NCBI GenBank assembly: GCA_963783375.1
Contig: CAWANH010000029.1
Location: forward strand, 256,001 to 320,000
Reading direction: 5' to 3'
DNA length: 64,000 bases
Source of the DNA: Candidatus Eiseniibacteriota bacterium
GTDB taxonomy: Bacteria; Eisenbacteria; RBG-16-71-46; JABDJR01
In this document: positions 51,081-60,328 of the stretch, one piece after another
Position numbering within the stretch: position 1 is the stretch's first letter
How the letters are laid out: each line of letters opens with the position of its first letter
Program-made: the position numbers and the translations under genes
The notes under the pieces: generated by a model
The model's database searches: none
What the model was told of the DNA's origin: nothing
The model's input: only the letters and a program-made list of their open reading frames with translations

Positions 51081-52227
51081 AGGCGAACCGGTCGAGGGGC
51101 TCGCGGCGGAGGATGGCCAGGAGGAGATCGGCGACCGCGGTGGCCCCGGTCTCCACCCCGTAGCGCGCCTCGGCCAGCTCCCGGGCCGCGTTCCCCAGGC
51201 GCGCGCGCAGGGCCGGGTCGGCGGCAAGACGGCGGAGCGCGCCGGTCATCCCGTCCACGTCCCCCGGCGCGAACCGGAATCCCTGGACCCCCTCGGCGAA
51301 CATCTCGGGGATCACCGGCACGTCGGTGGTCACCACCGGGAGGCCGGAGGCCAGGGCCTCGAGGACCACGTTGGGAAAGATCTCCGCGTAGGTGGGGAGG
51401 AGGAAGACGTCGGCGGTACGGTACTCCTCGGCAAGCTCGTTCCCTCGCCGCACGCCCACGAAGTGGACGCGCTCCCCGAGGCCGGCCCGGATGGCTTCGG
51501 CGCGGATCGCCTCCTCCTCGCTCGCGCTCTCCCCGGTTCCACAGAGGCGGAACTCGAAGTCCGGTCCCGCCGCCGCCGCGATCCGCAGGAGGTCCCAGGT
51601 CCCCTTGTCCCGGCTCAGCCGACCCACCGTGAGCACCCGGAGCGGCCCCTCCGCAGCGCGGGAGGGAGCGGGGCGGAACCGGTCGAGATCCACCACGTTG
51701 GGCACCGGGATCAGGGTCCGGCCCGGGAACATGGCCGAGAACTCCCGGGCCAGCCCGGGCGAGAGAACCACTACCGCGGCGGCGCGGGCCAGCCCCCAGC
51801 GGGTGAAGCGGAGCGCCGCGCCGCCGTCCCGGGCGAATAACCGGCCCATGGGGCGGCCGTGGAGGTGACAGAGCACCGGCCGGCCCAGGAGCCGGGCCAC
51901 GGTCATGAGGACAGTATCCCGTACAAAGCCAGTGTCGGAAGTTGCTTTCAAATATATGACTTGTGGGCGATACTTGAGAATCCAGACAAAGAGCTTCAGG
52001 GCGTGAAAGACGAGGTAGGGGAAGCTGGCGCGCTGGGGCCGGTTGGGGATGCTGCGGCGGCCGCCCTTGGCGGTCGAGAACGGGATGAGGACGAACCGGC
52101 GGGCCAGGGAGGACGCGGCGAGGAGGGCCATGTTGTTGGCCAGGCCGCCCACCGCGGGGGGACGCGGGCCCACCATGAGCACCCGGGGGGCGGATTCGGC
52201 GTGGGGGGCGGTTTCTCGAGACTTCAT
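51043..52227 (-). CDS. Glycosyltransferase family 4
   Basis: RVLMVGPRPP.VGG, HLHG, PNVVD...F, VGRL..DKG, ADVFLLP.YAE.FPNVVLEALASGLPVVTT.V. Start ATG 52227; 3' end overlaps asmA convergently by 38 nt. Confidence 0.9.
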   Translation of the reverse strand: MKSRETAPHAESAPRVLMVGPRPPAVGGLANNMALLAASSLARRFVLIPFSTAKGGRRSIPNRPQRASFPYLVFHALKLFVWILKYRPQVIYLKATSDTGFVRDTVLMTVARLLGRPVLCHLHGRPMGRLFARDGGAALRFTRWGLARAAAVVVLSPGLAREFSAMFPGRTLIPVPNVVDLDRFRPAPSRAAEGPLRVLTVGRLSRDKGTWDLLRIAAAAGPDFEFRLCGTGESASEEEAIRAEAIRAGLGERVHFVGVRRGNELAEEYRTADVFLLPTYAEIFPNVVLEALASGLPVVTTDVPVIPEMFAEGVQGFRFAPGDVDGMTGALRRLAADPALRARLGNAARELAEARYGVETGATAVADLLLAILRREPLDRFAFNGSPSSPPGAS

Positions 52228-52288
52228 GAGCGGATGATTCGTCCCTCCCCCGGTCCCGGCCCATCCGCTCCGGGTTCGCGGACGGGGC

Positions 52289-52332
52289 ATCCTAGCACTT
52301 TCGGTTGCCAATCTCCCGTCGATAACTATGAT
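52289..52332. promoter_or_regulatory. Back-to-back divergent promoters of the glycosyltransferase locus
   Basis: + strand TTGCCA (52305-10), 16 nt, TATGAT (52327-32). - strand extended -10 TGcTAGGAT (52297-89). Confidence 0.65.
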
Positions 52333-52418
52333 TCGAGTGCCCGGCGACCGGCGACGACATTTGACCCCCACGGAACGGCGCCCCCCGGGGACCGACAAGA
52401 CGGTGAGATGGAGGCCTT

Positions 52419-53195
52419 TTGAGCAGCATTCCCCCCTGGAAGAGGCCCGAGCTTTTCGGCTGTCCGCTGGACGCCGTGACCCTGTCCGACGCGGTGGCGT
52501 GGGTGGATGCCCGCGTGGCCGACGGGACGCCGTCCCGCGTGGGCGCGGTGAACGCAGCCAAGCTGGTCAAGATCGAGCGCGACCCCGAGCTGGCCCGCGC
52601 GGTCACCGCGTGTGAGCTGATCGTGGCCGACGGCATGAGCGTGGTCTGGGCGGCGCGCCTCCTCGCCGGAGTGGGGCTCCGCCGGGTGGCAGGTATCGAT
52701 CTCATGGAGAGCCTGGTGCGCCGGGCGGCGGAGCGGAGCTACCGCGTCTACTTCCTCGGGGCCAGGCAAGAGGTGCTGGATCGAATGCTGGAAGTGCTGC
52801 GAGAACGTCATCCCTCGCTCCAGGTGGCCGGTTCGCACCATGGTTACTTCGGGCCGGAGGATGAGCCCGCTCTGGTGGAGGAGATCCGCGCGAGCCGGGC
52901 CGATCTCCTCTTCGTGGCCATGGGAACTCCGGCCAAGGAGTACTGGATCGACCGGAATTTCCGGGCGGCCGGGGCGGCGGTCTCCATGGGGGTGGGAGGG
53001 TCCTTCGACGTGATCTCGGGTCTGGTGCGGCGGGCGCCGGCGTGGATGCAGGGCGTGGGCATGGAGTGGCTGTACCGCCTGGTGCAGGAGCCGGGGAGGT
53101 TGTGGCGGCGGTACCTGACCACCAGCGCCATCTTCCTGGGCGAGGTCTTCATTCGCGCATTGAAGCGCCCCTTCGTTCGCAACGGGACCCGATGA
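52419..53195 (+). CDS. WecG/TagA/CpsF-family glycosyltransferase (GT26)
   Basis: N..K, ADGMSVVWA, RVAGIDL, YFLGA, G..HGYF, D.LFVAMGTP.KE.W, GVGGSFDV..G...RAP.WMQ..G.EW.YRL.QEP.RL.RRY; TTG after GGAGG. Confidence 0.95.
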   Translation: MSSIPPWKRPELFGCPLDAVTLSDAVAWVDARVADGTPSRVGAVNAAKLVKIERDPELARAVTACELIVADGMSVVWAARLLAGVGLRRVAGIDLMESLVRRAAERSYRVYFLGARQEVLDRMLEVLRERHPSLQVAGSHHGYFGPEDEPALVEEIRASRADLLFVAMGTPAKEYWIDRNFRAAGAAVSMGVGGSFDVISGLVRRAPAWMQGVGMEWLYRLVQEPGRLWRRYLTTSAIFLGEVFIRALKRPFVRNGTR

Positions 53196-53198
53196 CGG

Positions 53199-54296
53199 AT
53201 GCGAGTCCATTTCCTGGCCTCCACGCTGGCGCGGGGGGGGGCCGAAACCGTGGCCCTGGCCCTCTCCCGGGGGCTGGGCCGGCGCGGCCACGAGGTGCGC
53301 TGGAGCCTGCTCCGTGAAGCGGGGGCGCTGGGAAACACTCTGGACGAAACCGTCGATCTTCGCGCCGGTCTGGCTCCCGGCCGGATTCCGCTGGGAGCGA
53401 TCGGACGGCTCCGCCGGCGGCTGGCCGGGTCCGAGGCCCTCTACGTGCTCGATCACCAGAACGCGGTGGTGATGGCGGGGATGGCGGCCCCCCTGGCCGG
53501 GGTGAGGCGGAGGGTGGTGGCCATCCACACCACCGGCCTCTGGGGCGGGGGTCCGAGCCTCGGGCGGCCGTTCCGGGCCGCCCTGGCCGGCTATCACGCG
53601 GTCCTGGCCCTGAGTCCCGGCCACGCCCGCTATCTCATCGACAACGAGCGCGTTCCCGAGGAGAAGATCCGCGTGGTGCAGAACGGCGTCGATCTCGGCC
53701 GCTTCGAGAACCTCCCCGGTCGCGGGAAGGCCCGCGACCGGTTGGGCCTTCCCGCCGGGGCCGAGGTGGTGGGATCGGTGGCCATGCTCCGTCCCGAGAA
53801 GAACCAGGGGTTGCTCCTGGAGGCGGCGGCGCGGCTTCGCCCCCTGCATCCCGATCTCCACGTGGTTCTGGTGGGGGAGGGCCCGGGTCGGGAGAAGCTT
53901 GCCGCGCGGGCCGCGCGGGCCGATCTGGCCGGAGCGGTGCACTTCCTGGGCGCGCGCGCCGACGTCCCGGAGATCCTCCCCGCGTTCGATCTCTTCGTGC
54001 TCCCGTCCCTTCCGTTGGTGGAGACCCAGCCGGTGGCGGTGCTGGAGGCGATGGCCGCCGGGGTGCCGGTGGTGGCCACCCGGGTCGGGGATCTCGCCGC
54101 CCTCCTGGAGGACGGGCGGGCCGGGACCCTGGTTCCCCCGGGCGACGTGGATGCCCTGGCCGAGGCCCTGGAGGGGCTCCTCCAGGCTCCCTCGGAACGA
54201 GGCGCTCTGGCCGCCCGGGGCCGCTCGGTCGCCGAACGTCACGGTCTGGACGCCTCGGTGCGGGCGCTTCAGAAGGTGCTGGAGGAAAACGGTTGA
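53199..54296 (+). CDS. Glycosyltransferase family 4
   Basis: GGAE, NGVD..RF, VA.LRPEKN, VGEGP, FLG.R.DV..IL..FD.FVLPS, E..P...LEAMAAG.PVVAT.VG. Confidence 0.92.
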   Translation: MRVHFLASTLARGGAETVALALSRGLGRRGHEVRWSLLREAGALGNTLDETVDLRAGLAPGRIPLGAIGRLRRRLAGSEALYVLDHQNAVVMAGMAAPLAGVRRRVVAIHTTGLWGGGPSLGRPFRAALAGYHAVLALSPGHARYLIDNERVPEEKIRVVQNGVDLGRFENLPGRGKARDRLGLPAGAEVVGSVAMLRPEKNQGLLLEAAARLRPLHPDLHVVLVGEGPGREKLAARAARADLAGAVHFLGARADVPEILPAFDLFVLPSLPLVETQPVAVLEAMAAGVPVVATRVGDLAALLEDGRAGTLVPPGDVDALAEALEGLLQAPSERGALAARGRSVAERHGLDASVRALQKVLEENG

Positions 54297-55567
54297 AGAT
54301 CCTCCAGGCCAACAAGTTCCACTATGTCCGCGGCGGCGCGGACCGGTATTTCCTCGATCTCGTGGAGATCCTCCCCGCCCACGGCCATCCCACCGCGCCC
54401 TTCAGCATGCGGCATCCGCGGAACCTCCCCACCCCGTTCTCGCGTTTTTTCGTGAGCCACGTGGACTACGCGGAGGAAGGGGGTCCCTTCGGGGCGATGG
54501 CCACCGCCGCCCGCACCGTCTACAACCGGGAGACCCGCCGGCGGGTCCGGGAGCTGGTGGAGCAGTTTCGTCCCGACGTGGCCCACCTGCACAACGTCCA
54601 TCATCAGCTCTCGGGCTCGATCTTCGAGACCCTGCGCGAGCTGGGCATCCCCGTGGTGCAGACGCTGCACGACTTCCAGTGGGTGTGTCCGGTCTACACG
54701 TTCTTCCGCCGGGGGCGGGTGTGCGAGGAGTGCGGCCACGGCCGGGCCCTTCCCGCGGTGCGCCACCGCTGCCAGGGGGACTCCCTGCCTCGCTCGGCAG
54801 TGGCGGCGCTGGCGGTGAAGCTCGGGTGGTGGCGGAAGTGGGAGAGCATGGTCTCCCGGTTTCTGGCTCCGAGCCGGTTCCTGGCCGAAAAGGTCGTGGA
54901 GCACGGGCTCCCGGCGGAGAAGATCGTTCCGATGGGTTACTGCCTCCGTCTCGACGGCTATCGTCCGGTGGGAGGGCGTGGGGGCCACGCTCTCTATGCC
55001 GGGCGTCTCTCCGCGGAAAAGGGGGTGGCCACGCTGTTTCAGGCGGCGGCCCGGGTACCGGGCCTGTCCCTCCGGGTGGCGGGGACCGGGCCCCTCGAGC
55101 CGGATCTCCGACAACTCTCCGAGACCCTGCTCCCCGGACGCGCCACCTTTCTCGGCCACCTCGACGCCGCCGGCCTCCGGGAGGAGCTTGGTCGCGCCGC
55201 CTTCGTGGTGGTGCCATCGGAATGGTATGAGAACCAGCCCTACGCGGTGCTGGAGGCCTTCGCCATGGGGACCCCCGTCCTCGGCTCCGACCTGGGAGGA
55301 ATCCCCGAGCTGGTGCATCCGGGAGAGACCGGGGACCTCTTCCCCGCCGGCTCGGTGGAGGGGCTGGCCGACGCCCTGGCCGCCATGCAGACCCGCGCCG
55401 ACCTCGTCGATCTGGGTCGCGCCGCTCGAGGCTGGGTGCGGTCCCACTTCGATCCCGACCGTCACGCCGAGGCCCTGGCCGATCTCTACGCCGAGGTTCT
55501 CGCCGCTCCTCCGTCACGGGGAACCGTGGCCCGGGGCGACCTCGGCGAGAGGGGAGGGGCCGGTTGA
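54293..55567 (+). CDS. Glycosyltransferase family 4 with Cys-rich insert
   Basis: MKILQANKF.Y..GGA, H.HN..HQLS, TLHDF...CP.......CEEC........C, GRLS.EKG, PSEWYENQPY..LEA...G.PV.....GGIPE. Confidence 0.92.
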   Translation: MKILQANKFHYVRGGADRYFLDLVEILPAHGHPTAPFSMRHPRNLPTPFSRFFVSHVDYAEEGGPFGAMATAARTVYNRETRRRVRELVEQFRPDVAHLHNVHHQLSGSIFETLRELGIPVVQTLHDFQWVCPVYTFFRRGRVCEECGHGRALPAVRHRCQGDSLPRSAVAALAVKLGWWRKWESMVSRFLAPSRFLAEKVVEHGLPAEKIVPMGYCLRLDGYRPVGGRGGHALYAGRLSAEKGVATLFQAAARVPGLSLRVAGTGPLEPDLRQLSETLLPGRATFLGHLDAAGLREELGRAAFVVVPSEWYENQPYAVLEAFAMGTPVLGSDLGGIPELVHPGETGDLFPAGSVEGLADALAAMQTRADLVDLGRAARGWVRSHFDPDRHAEALADLYAEVLAAPPSRGTVARGDLGERGGAG

Positions 55568-56691
55568 GGATCGCCATGATCGGGCAGAAGGGGATCCCGG
55601 CAACCTACGGAGGGATCGAGCGTCACGTGGAGGAGCTGGGGGCGCGCCTGGTGGAGCGGGGCCACGAGGTCCGGGTCTACACCCGCCCGCACTACGCCCG
55701 CGGCTCGGAACCCTACCGGGGCATGGAACGTTGCCCGCGGCCGTCCATTCGCAGCAAGCACCTCGACACCGCCACCCACGCGCTCCTCGCCACCCTCGAC
55801 GTGCTGATCCGTCCGGTGGACCTGGTGCACTATCACGCGCTGGGCCCTTCGGCCCTGGCCCTGGTTCCCCGTCTTCGCGGCATACCCACCGTGGTGACCC
55901 TGCACGGGCTGGACTGGGAACGGGAAAAATGGGGGCCTATGGCCTCGTACCTCCTGGAGCGCTGCGAGTATCCCGCCGTCCACTTCCCCAGCCGCACCAT
56001 CGCGGTCTCCCGCACCCTGCAACGCTACTTCGAGGAGAAGTACCTGATCCGCCCCGACTACATCCCGAACGGGGTCAATCCGCCGGTGTTCGAGCCGCCC
56101 TCGCGACTCGAACCGTGGGGGGTGCGGCCGGGAGGCTACTACCTCTTCGTCGGCCGGCTCACTCCGGAGAAGGGGACCCACCTTCTGGTGAAGGCCTACG
56201 CCGGGCTCACCACCGAACGGAAGCTGGTGATCGCAGGAGGATCCGCGTTCACCGACGAGTACGTGGAGGGTCTTTACCGGGACGCCGGCCCCGACACGGT
56301 GTTCACCGACTACGTGCACGGCGCCGACCTGGCCGCCCTCCTCACCCACGCCTATGCGGTGGTGATGCCTTCCACCCTGGAGGGGCTCTCCATCGCCCTC
56401 CTGGAGGCGTTGAGCTACGGCCGGTGTGTGGTGGTGAGCGACATTCCCGAGAATCTCGAAGTGGTGGAGGACGCCACCCCCAGCTTCCGGAGCGGGGATG
56501 CCGGGGATCTCCAGCGGGTGCTCGAACGTCTCGACCGCCATCCCGAGGAGGTGCGGGCTCACGAGGAGACGGTGGAGCGCACCCTGGCCCACCGGTTCAC
56601 CTGGGACGCGGTGGTTCCCCAGCTCGAGGCGCTCTACCTGGACGTGCTGGCGGGAAAGCGCGCGGGGGCGGTGGAACTACCGCCGCTCTGA
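55564..56691 (+). CDS. Glycosyltransferase family 4
   Basis: MRIAMIG.KGIPA.YGGIERHVEEL, HA.GP, T.HGLDW.R.KW, YIPNG, VGRL.PEKG, PS.LEGL.I.LLEA.SYG....SDIPEN.EV. Confidence 0.93.
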   Translation: MRIAMIGQKGIPATYGGIERHVEELGARLVERGHEVRVYTRPHYARGSEPYRGMERCPRPSIRSKHLDTATHALLATLDVLIRPVDLVHYHALGPSALALVPRLRGIPTVVTLHGLDWEREKWGPMASYLLERCEYPAVHFPSRTIAVSRTLQRYFEEKYLIRPDYIPNGVNPPVFEPPSRLEPWGVRPGGYYLFVGRLTPEKGTHLLVKAYAGLTTERKLVIAGGSAFTDEYVEGLYRDAGPDTVFTDYVHGADLAALLTHAYAVVMPSTLEGLSIALLEALSYGRCVVVSDIPENLEVVEDATPSFRSGDAGDLQRVLERLDRHPEEVRAHEETVERTLAHRFTWDAVVPQLEALYLDVLAGKRAGAVELPPL

Positions 56692-56733
56692 TCGCCGGCC
56701 GGGGAATCCGGCCGGGGGAATCCGGAGACCAAG

Positions 56734-57915
56734 GTGGAAATCGTTTCAGCCAGGAACCTGGGCCATATGGCGGCGTTCGGGGTCCTGGCCCTCACCGCCC
56801 TGGCGATCTGGACCCGGCCGGCCAGCACCCAGTGGGACCTCGATCTCTACCTTCACGCCGCGCGGGCGGAGGCGCGTGGGCTAGACCCCTACCGGGTGCC
56901 CCTCGTGGAAACCGTCACCACCGACGCCTTCCAGGACGGGTTCGTCTATCCCCCCGGAACCCTCGTTCTTTTCCGCCTCCTGGATCGGCTGCCCGCCGCC
57001 CGGGTATGGCTGGTCCTCAAGCTGGCCGCGGCGGCCCTGCTCCTGGCGCTCTGGCGGCGGACGGTGCTCCGGGGGGTCGACGGCCTCCTGGTACTTTGGG
57101 TTCTGGTCCTGGGAATGAACGGCGCTCTCCTCTGGGACCTCCGTTCGGGAAACGTGGCGCTCTTCGAAATCCTGATTCTCTGGGCCGGGTTCGCCGCGTT
57201 CCTGGACCGGCGCTACGTCCTCTTCGCGATTCTCGTCGCCGCGGCCTCGGTGTGGAAGCTCCTGCCCCTGGTCTTCCTGGGACTGCTGTTCCTTCCCGCG
57301 GTGCCGTCCCGGCGGCGCGGCGCTGCGCTGGCCGCCGGGCTCGGCGCGTTCGCCCTCGCGGTGGGCCTCCCCCTGGTTCTCCGTCCCGGGCTCGGGCGGG
57401 CGTACATCCACGCCCTGGGAGCGGTGCGGTCGTGCGGGGCCGTGAATCCATCCTCCCTCGGCATCCTGGACCAGCTCGCGGGGCTGGCCGGCGGGCTCCC
57501 GAGGGGAACCACCCCCGTCCTGTGGGTACTCTTCGCCGGGGCGGCCCTGGCCGCGAGCCGCCGGCCGATCGCTCGGGCCTTCCGGGGCTCCGCCCCGGAA
57601 GATGCGTTGCTCACCGCGCTCCTCCTCTACGCCGTCCTCGTCCCGCGGCTCATGATCTACTCCTACGTGATGGTGCTTCCCGCCGTTCTCTCCCTGGGCC
57701 TCCGCATGCTCCGGCGCGGCCGGGGGGCGCTTCTCCTCGGGGCGGTGCTCTGTCTCCAGGGGGCGGCGCGGATCCCTCCTCTGGAGCTGGGGGGGATGCT
57801 CGCGGACAATCTGCCCTATCTCATCCTTCTCGGTTTGTGGATCGCGATGATCAGGAACGGGCCCCCGCCCGGATCGCTTCCGCGCCGGGCGGACTCATCC
57901 CCAGGGACCGCATGA
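56734..57915 (+). CDS. GT87/DUF2029-family membrane glycosyltransferase (GT-C)
   Basis: D...Y..AA.....G.DPY, F.YPP, ..W, GN, K..P; many TM helices. Confidence 0.8.
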   Translation: MEIVSARNLGHMAAFGVLALTALAIWTRPASTQWDLDLYLHAARAEARGLDPYRVPLVETVTTDAFQDGFVYPPGTLVLFRLLDRLPAARVWLVLKLAAAALLLALWRRTVLRGVDGLLVLWVLVLGMNGALLWDLRSGNVALFEILILWAGFAAFLDRRYVLFAILVAAASVWKLLPLVFLGLLFLPAVPSRRRGAALAAGLGAFALAVGLPLVLRPGLGRAYIHALGAVRSCGAVNPSSLGILDQLAGLAGGLPRGTTPVLWVLFAGAALAASRRPIARAFRGSAPEDALLTALLLYAVLVPRLMIYSYVMVLPAVLSLGLRMLRRGRGALLLGAVLCLQGAARIPPLELGGMLADNLPYLILLGLWIAMIRNGPPPGSLPRRADSSPGTA

Positions 57916-59116
57916 TCCCGATCATCGCCAGAGCGAGGACCACCGGGATGAGGCTGTTCATGAGCCTCGGCTCGTTGATCTGACCCACCAGGACGGCCAT
58001 CCCCACCAGAAGCGGAACGAGGATCAGGCACCGGCGGAGCCGGGACGGAGCGAATGGGATCCCCGCCGCCGCGGCCGCCCACCAGAAGAGCACCGCCGCC
58101 GCCGAGGCGGCCACCGGACCCGGCCGGTTCACCAGGAAGTTGACGTTCATCCACACCTTTCCCCCGGACCAGGCCGCGTCCGCCGGAAGGAAGTGGAAAA
58201 GCAGGAGCCGGATCAGGGTGTAGCCCGCGATCTGAAGGAGGATCCACTCGAGGTACCGTCCGCGGGGCATGGCGTCGGCGTAGAGGACGGCGAAGACCGG
58301 CACCATGAGGAGGACGACCTCGTGGTTCAACGTCCCGAGGAGGAACACCGAGAGATAGGCCCAGAGACGCCGGCGGAAGAGGAGGAGAAGGCAAGCGGTG
58401 GAGAAGAGCGTCACCCCGACGTCGTAGAAGGTGAAGTACCCGAAGGTGGGAATCAGCATGAGGGCGAGGAGGAGCGGGGAGAGGACGGCGATCCGGGGGG
58501 GAGCGAAGAGGCGAACCCAGCGCTTCATGAGCACGAAGGCGATCAGGATGACCGGGATCTGGGAAACGAAGTAGCAACGGGAAGGAGCCCAACCGGGGAA
58601 GAGCGCGTGGAGGGCGTCGGCCACCCACACGAAGAGGATGCGGTGCTGGTAGGGCGGTTGGGCGGTGAATGACATGACCTCGGCCAGCCGGTACCAGGAG
58701 CCTTCGAACCCCTGGTTCCGAAGGGCGAGGAAACACACCACGCTCGAGCCGAGGAGAATCGAAGCCGAGAGGAGCGGTTCGGCGAAGCGCCCGGCGGGAA
58801 ACCGTCGGGCCAGGGGGCGCCGTCCCAGCCAGGCCGCGGCCGGGACCGCCAGGGCGAGGGTCGCGAGGCCCAGGGCGCGCGTCAGCATGGCCAGCAGGAG
58901 GTCGGGGGAGGCGGTCTCGGCCAGCGGGGAGGGAACGGCCAGGATTCCCGGAACCCGGCCCGAGGTCATGACGCGGACCAGGGCCGGGCCCGCGGCCAGG
59001 ACCGCGATCCAGGCTCCGGCAAGAAGCAGGGCGCTCGCGGCCAGGAGCGCCTTCATGGCCCTCTCCCACCGGTCCGGGGACGCGGTCCCGATGCGGGAAT
59101 CCTTGGGGACGTTCAT
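57851..59116 (-). CDS. Polytopic membrane protein, possibly a GT-C-fold glycan-modifying enzyme
   Basis: About 10 TM helices; motifs PYQHRIL, TFYD, GTLNHE, E.R; host-like codon usage on the - strand. Start 59116 or 59056. Confidence 0.7.
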   Translation of the reverse strand: MNVPKDSRIGTASPDRWERAMKALLAASALLLAGAWIAVLAAGPALVRVMTSGRVPGILAVPSPLAETASPDLLLAMLTRALGLATLALAVPAAAWLGRRPLARRFPAGRFAEPLLSASILLGSSVVCFLALRNQGFEGSWYRLAEVMSFTAQPPYQHRILFVWVADALHALFPGWAPSRCYFVSQIPVILIAFVLMKRWVRLFAPPRIAVLSPLLLALMLIPTFGYFTFYDVGVTLFSTACLLLLFRRRLWAYLSVFLLGTLNHEVVLLMVPVFAVLYADAMPRGRYLEWILLQIAGYTLIRLLLFHFLPADAAWSGGKVWMNVNFLVNRPGPVAASAAAVLFWWAAAAAGIPFAPSRLRRCLILVPLLVGMAVLVGQINEPRLMNSLIPVVLALAMIGIMRSLGMSPPGAEAIRAGARS

Positions 59117-59172
59117 CGGCGGGCCACGGTAGCATTCCCTCCCTCCGGACAACAACGGGGACGGCGGCGCGG

Positions 59173-59201
59173 TTGAGAACGGGGGGCGGGTGGAGTAACC
59201 T
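59173..59201 (+). promoter_or_regulatory. Probable sigma70 promoter of manC-SPOR-galT-glgA
   Basis: TTGAGA (59173-78), 17 nt, TAACCT (59196-201); SD GAGGAGG before ATG 59261. Confidence 0.6.
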
Positions 59202-59260
59202 CCCGCGGAGTCCGTCCCGCGTGACCCGCGAATCATCGGGGCCGGAGCTCGAGGAGGGCC

Positions 59261-60328
59261 ATGCGACACGCGGTCATTCTGGCCGGCGGAAGCGGGGTGC
59301 GGTTCTGGCCGCTCAGCCGCCGCCGCCGTCCCAAGCAGTTCCTGCCGCTCGCCGGGGAGATCTCCCTCCTCCGGGCCACCTTCGAGCGCCTCCTACCGGT
59401 GGTTCCCGCCGAGCGGGTGTGGGTGGTCACCGGCGCCCGGCTCGTCGCCATGGTGCGCCGGGAGCTTCCCGAACTCAGCCGGGGTCATGTGTTGGTGGAG
59501 CCGTCGGCCCGGAACACCGCCCCGGCCATCCACCTGGCCGCGCTGCGCGCCGCCGCCGAGGATCCTGACGCGGTGCTGCTGGTGGTGCCCGCCGACGCCT
59601 GGGTTCCCCGGGCCGCGCCCTATCGCCGGGCGCTCTCCGCCGCGCTCCGGGCCGCGGAGGCCGGCGACCGGTTGGTCCTGGTGGGGGTCGAGCCGACCCG
59701 GGCGGAGACCGGCTACGGCTACATCGAACCCGGAGATTCCCTGGGCCGGGGAGGGCTCCGCGCGGTCCGGCGTTTCGTGGAGAAGCCCTCGGCGCCCCGG
59801 GCCCGCCGGTTCCTGGCCGGAGGCCGGCACCTGTGGAACTGTGGTATTTTCGCCTGGCGCGCCGGGGTGTTCCGGGAGGCGGTGGAGCGCCATCTCCCGG
59901 ATCTCGCGGTGGCCTTCGATGGGTTGCCGGGCGGGCGGCCCGCCGCCCGTGGCCTCGAACGCGCCTACGCCGCCGCCCCCTCCATCTCCGTGGACCATGG
60001 AATCCTGGAGCGCGCGTCGAACGTGGCCGTCATCCCCGGCGGGTTTCCCTGGGACGATCTCGGATCCTGGGGGGCGCTGGAGCGGTTGGGCCGCGACGGC
60101 TGCTTTGCGCGGGGGCGGGTGGTGGCCATCGACAGCCCGGGGCTCGTGGCCTGGGCGGACCGGGGGACGGTGGCGGTGGTGGGGATCCCGGATGCGGTGG
60201 TGGTGCATACCCGGGACGCCACCCTGGTGGTGGCCAAGGATCGCGCCCAGGAGGTGCGGCGGGTCGTGGAGGAACTGGAGAAGTCCCCCGAGGGACGAGC
60301 GATCGTGGAGGGTGAGACGCAACCATGA
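59261..60328 (+). CDS. manC: Mannose-1-phosphate guanylyltransferase (no PMI cupin domain)
   Basis: ILAGGSG.RFWPLSR...PKQF, EP.ARNTAPAI, GV.P...ETGYGYI, RFVEKP, WN.GIF, IS.D..I.E, WDDLGSW. Confidence 0.93.
   Translation: MRHAVILAGGSGVRFWPLSRRRRPKQFLPLAGEISLLRATFERLLPVVPAERVWVVTGARLVAMVRRELPELSRGHVLVEPSARNTAPAIHLAALRAAAEDPDAVLLVVPADAWVPRAAPYRRALSAALRAAEAGDRLVLVGVEPTRAETGYGYIEPGDSLGRGGLRAVRRFVEKPSAPRARRFLAGGRHLWNCGIFAWRAGVFREAVERHLPDLAVAFDGLPGGRPAARGLERAYAAAPSISVDHGILERASNVAVIPGGFPWDDLGSWGALERLGRDGCFARGRVVAIDSPGLVAWADRGTVAVVGIPDAVVVHTRDATLVVAKDRAQEVRRVVEELEKSPEGRAIVEGETQP

Noticed and set aside
52292-52311. Sigma54-like TGGCA...TGC element
   Set aside because: GG-to-GC spacing is 11 nt rather than the required 10; sigma70 elements explain the region.
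51859-52422. 187-aa + strand ORF over the low-GC patch; also considered as a DGR variable region
   Set aside because: Exact antisense of the GT4 gene with no SD or motifs. No reverse transcriptase or template-repeat copy seen in the window, and the patch is not C-terminal.
54978-57983. 1001-aa + strand alternative-frame ORF and many other Arg/Pro/Gly-rich ORFs
   Set aside because: Off-frame readings of real GT genes, with composition typical of high-GC frame artefacts.
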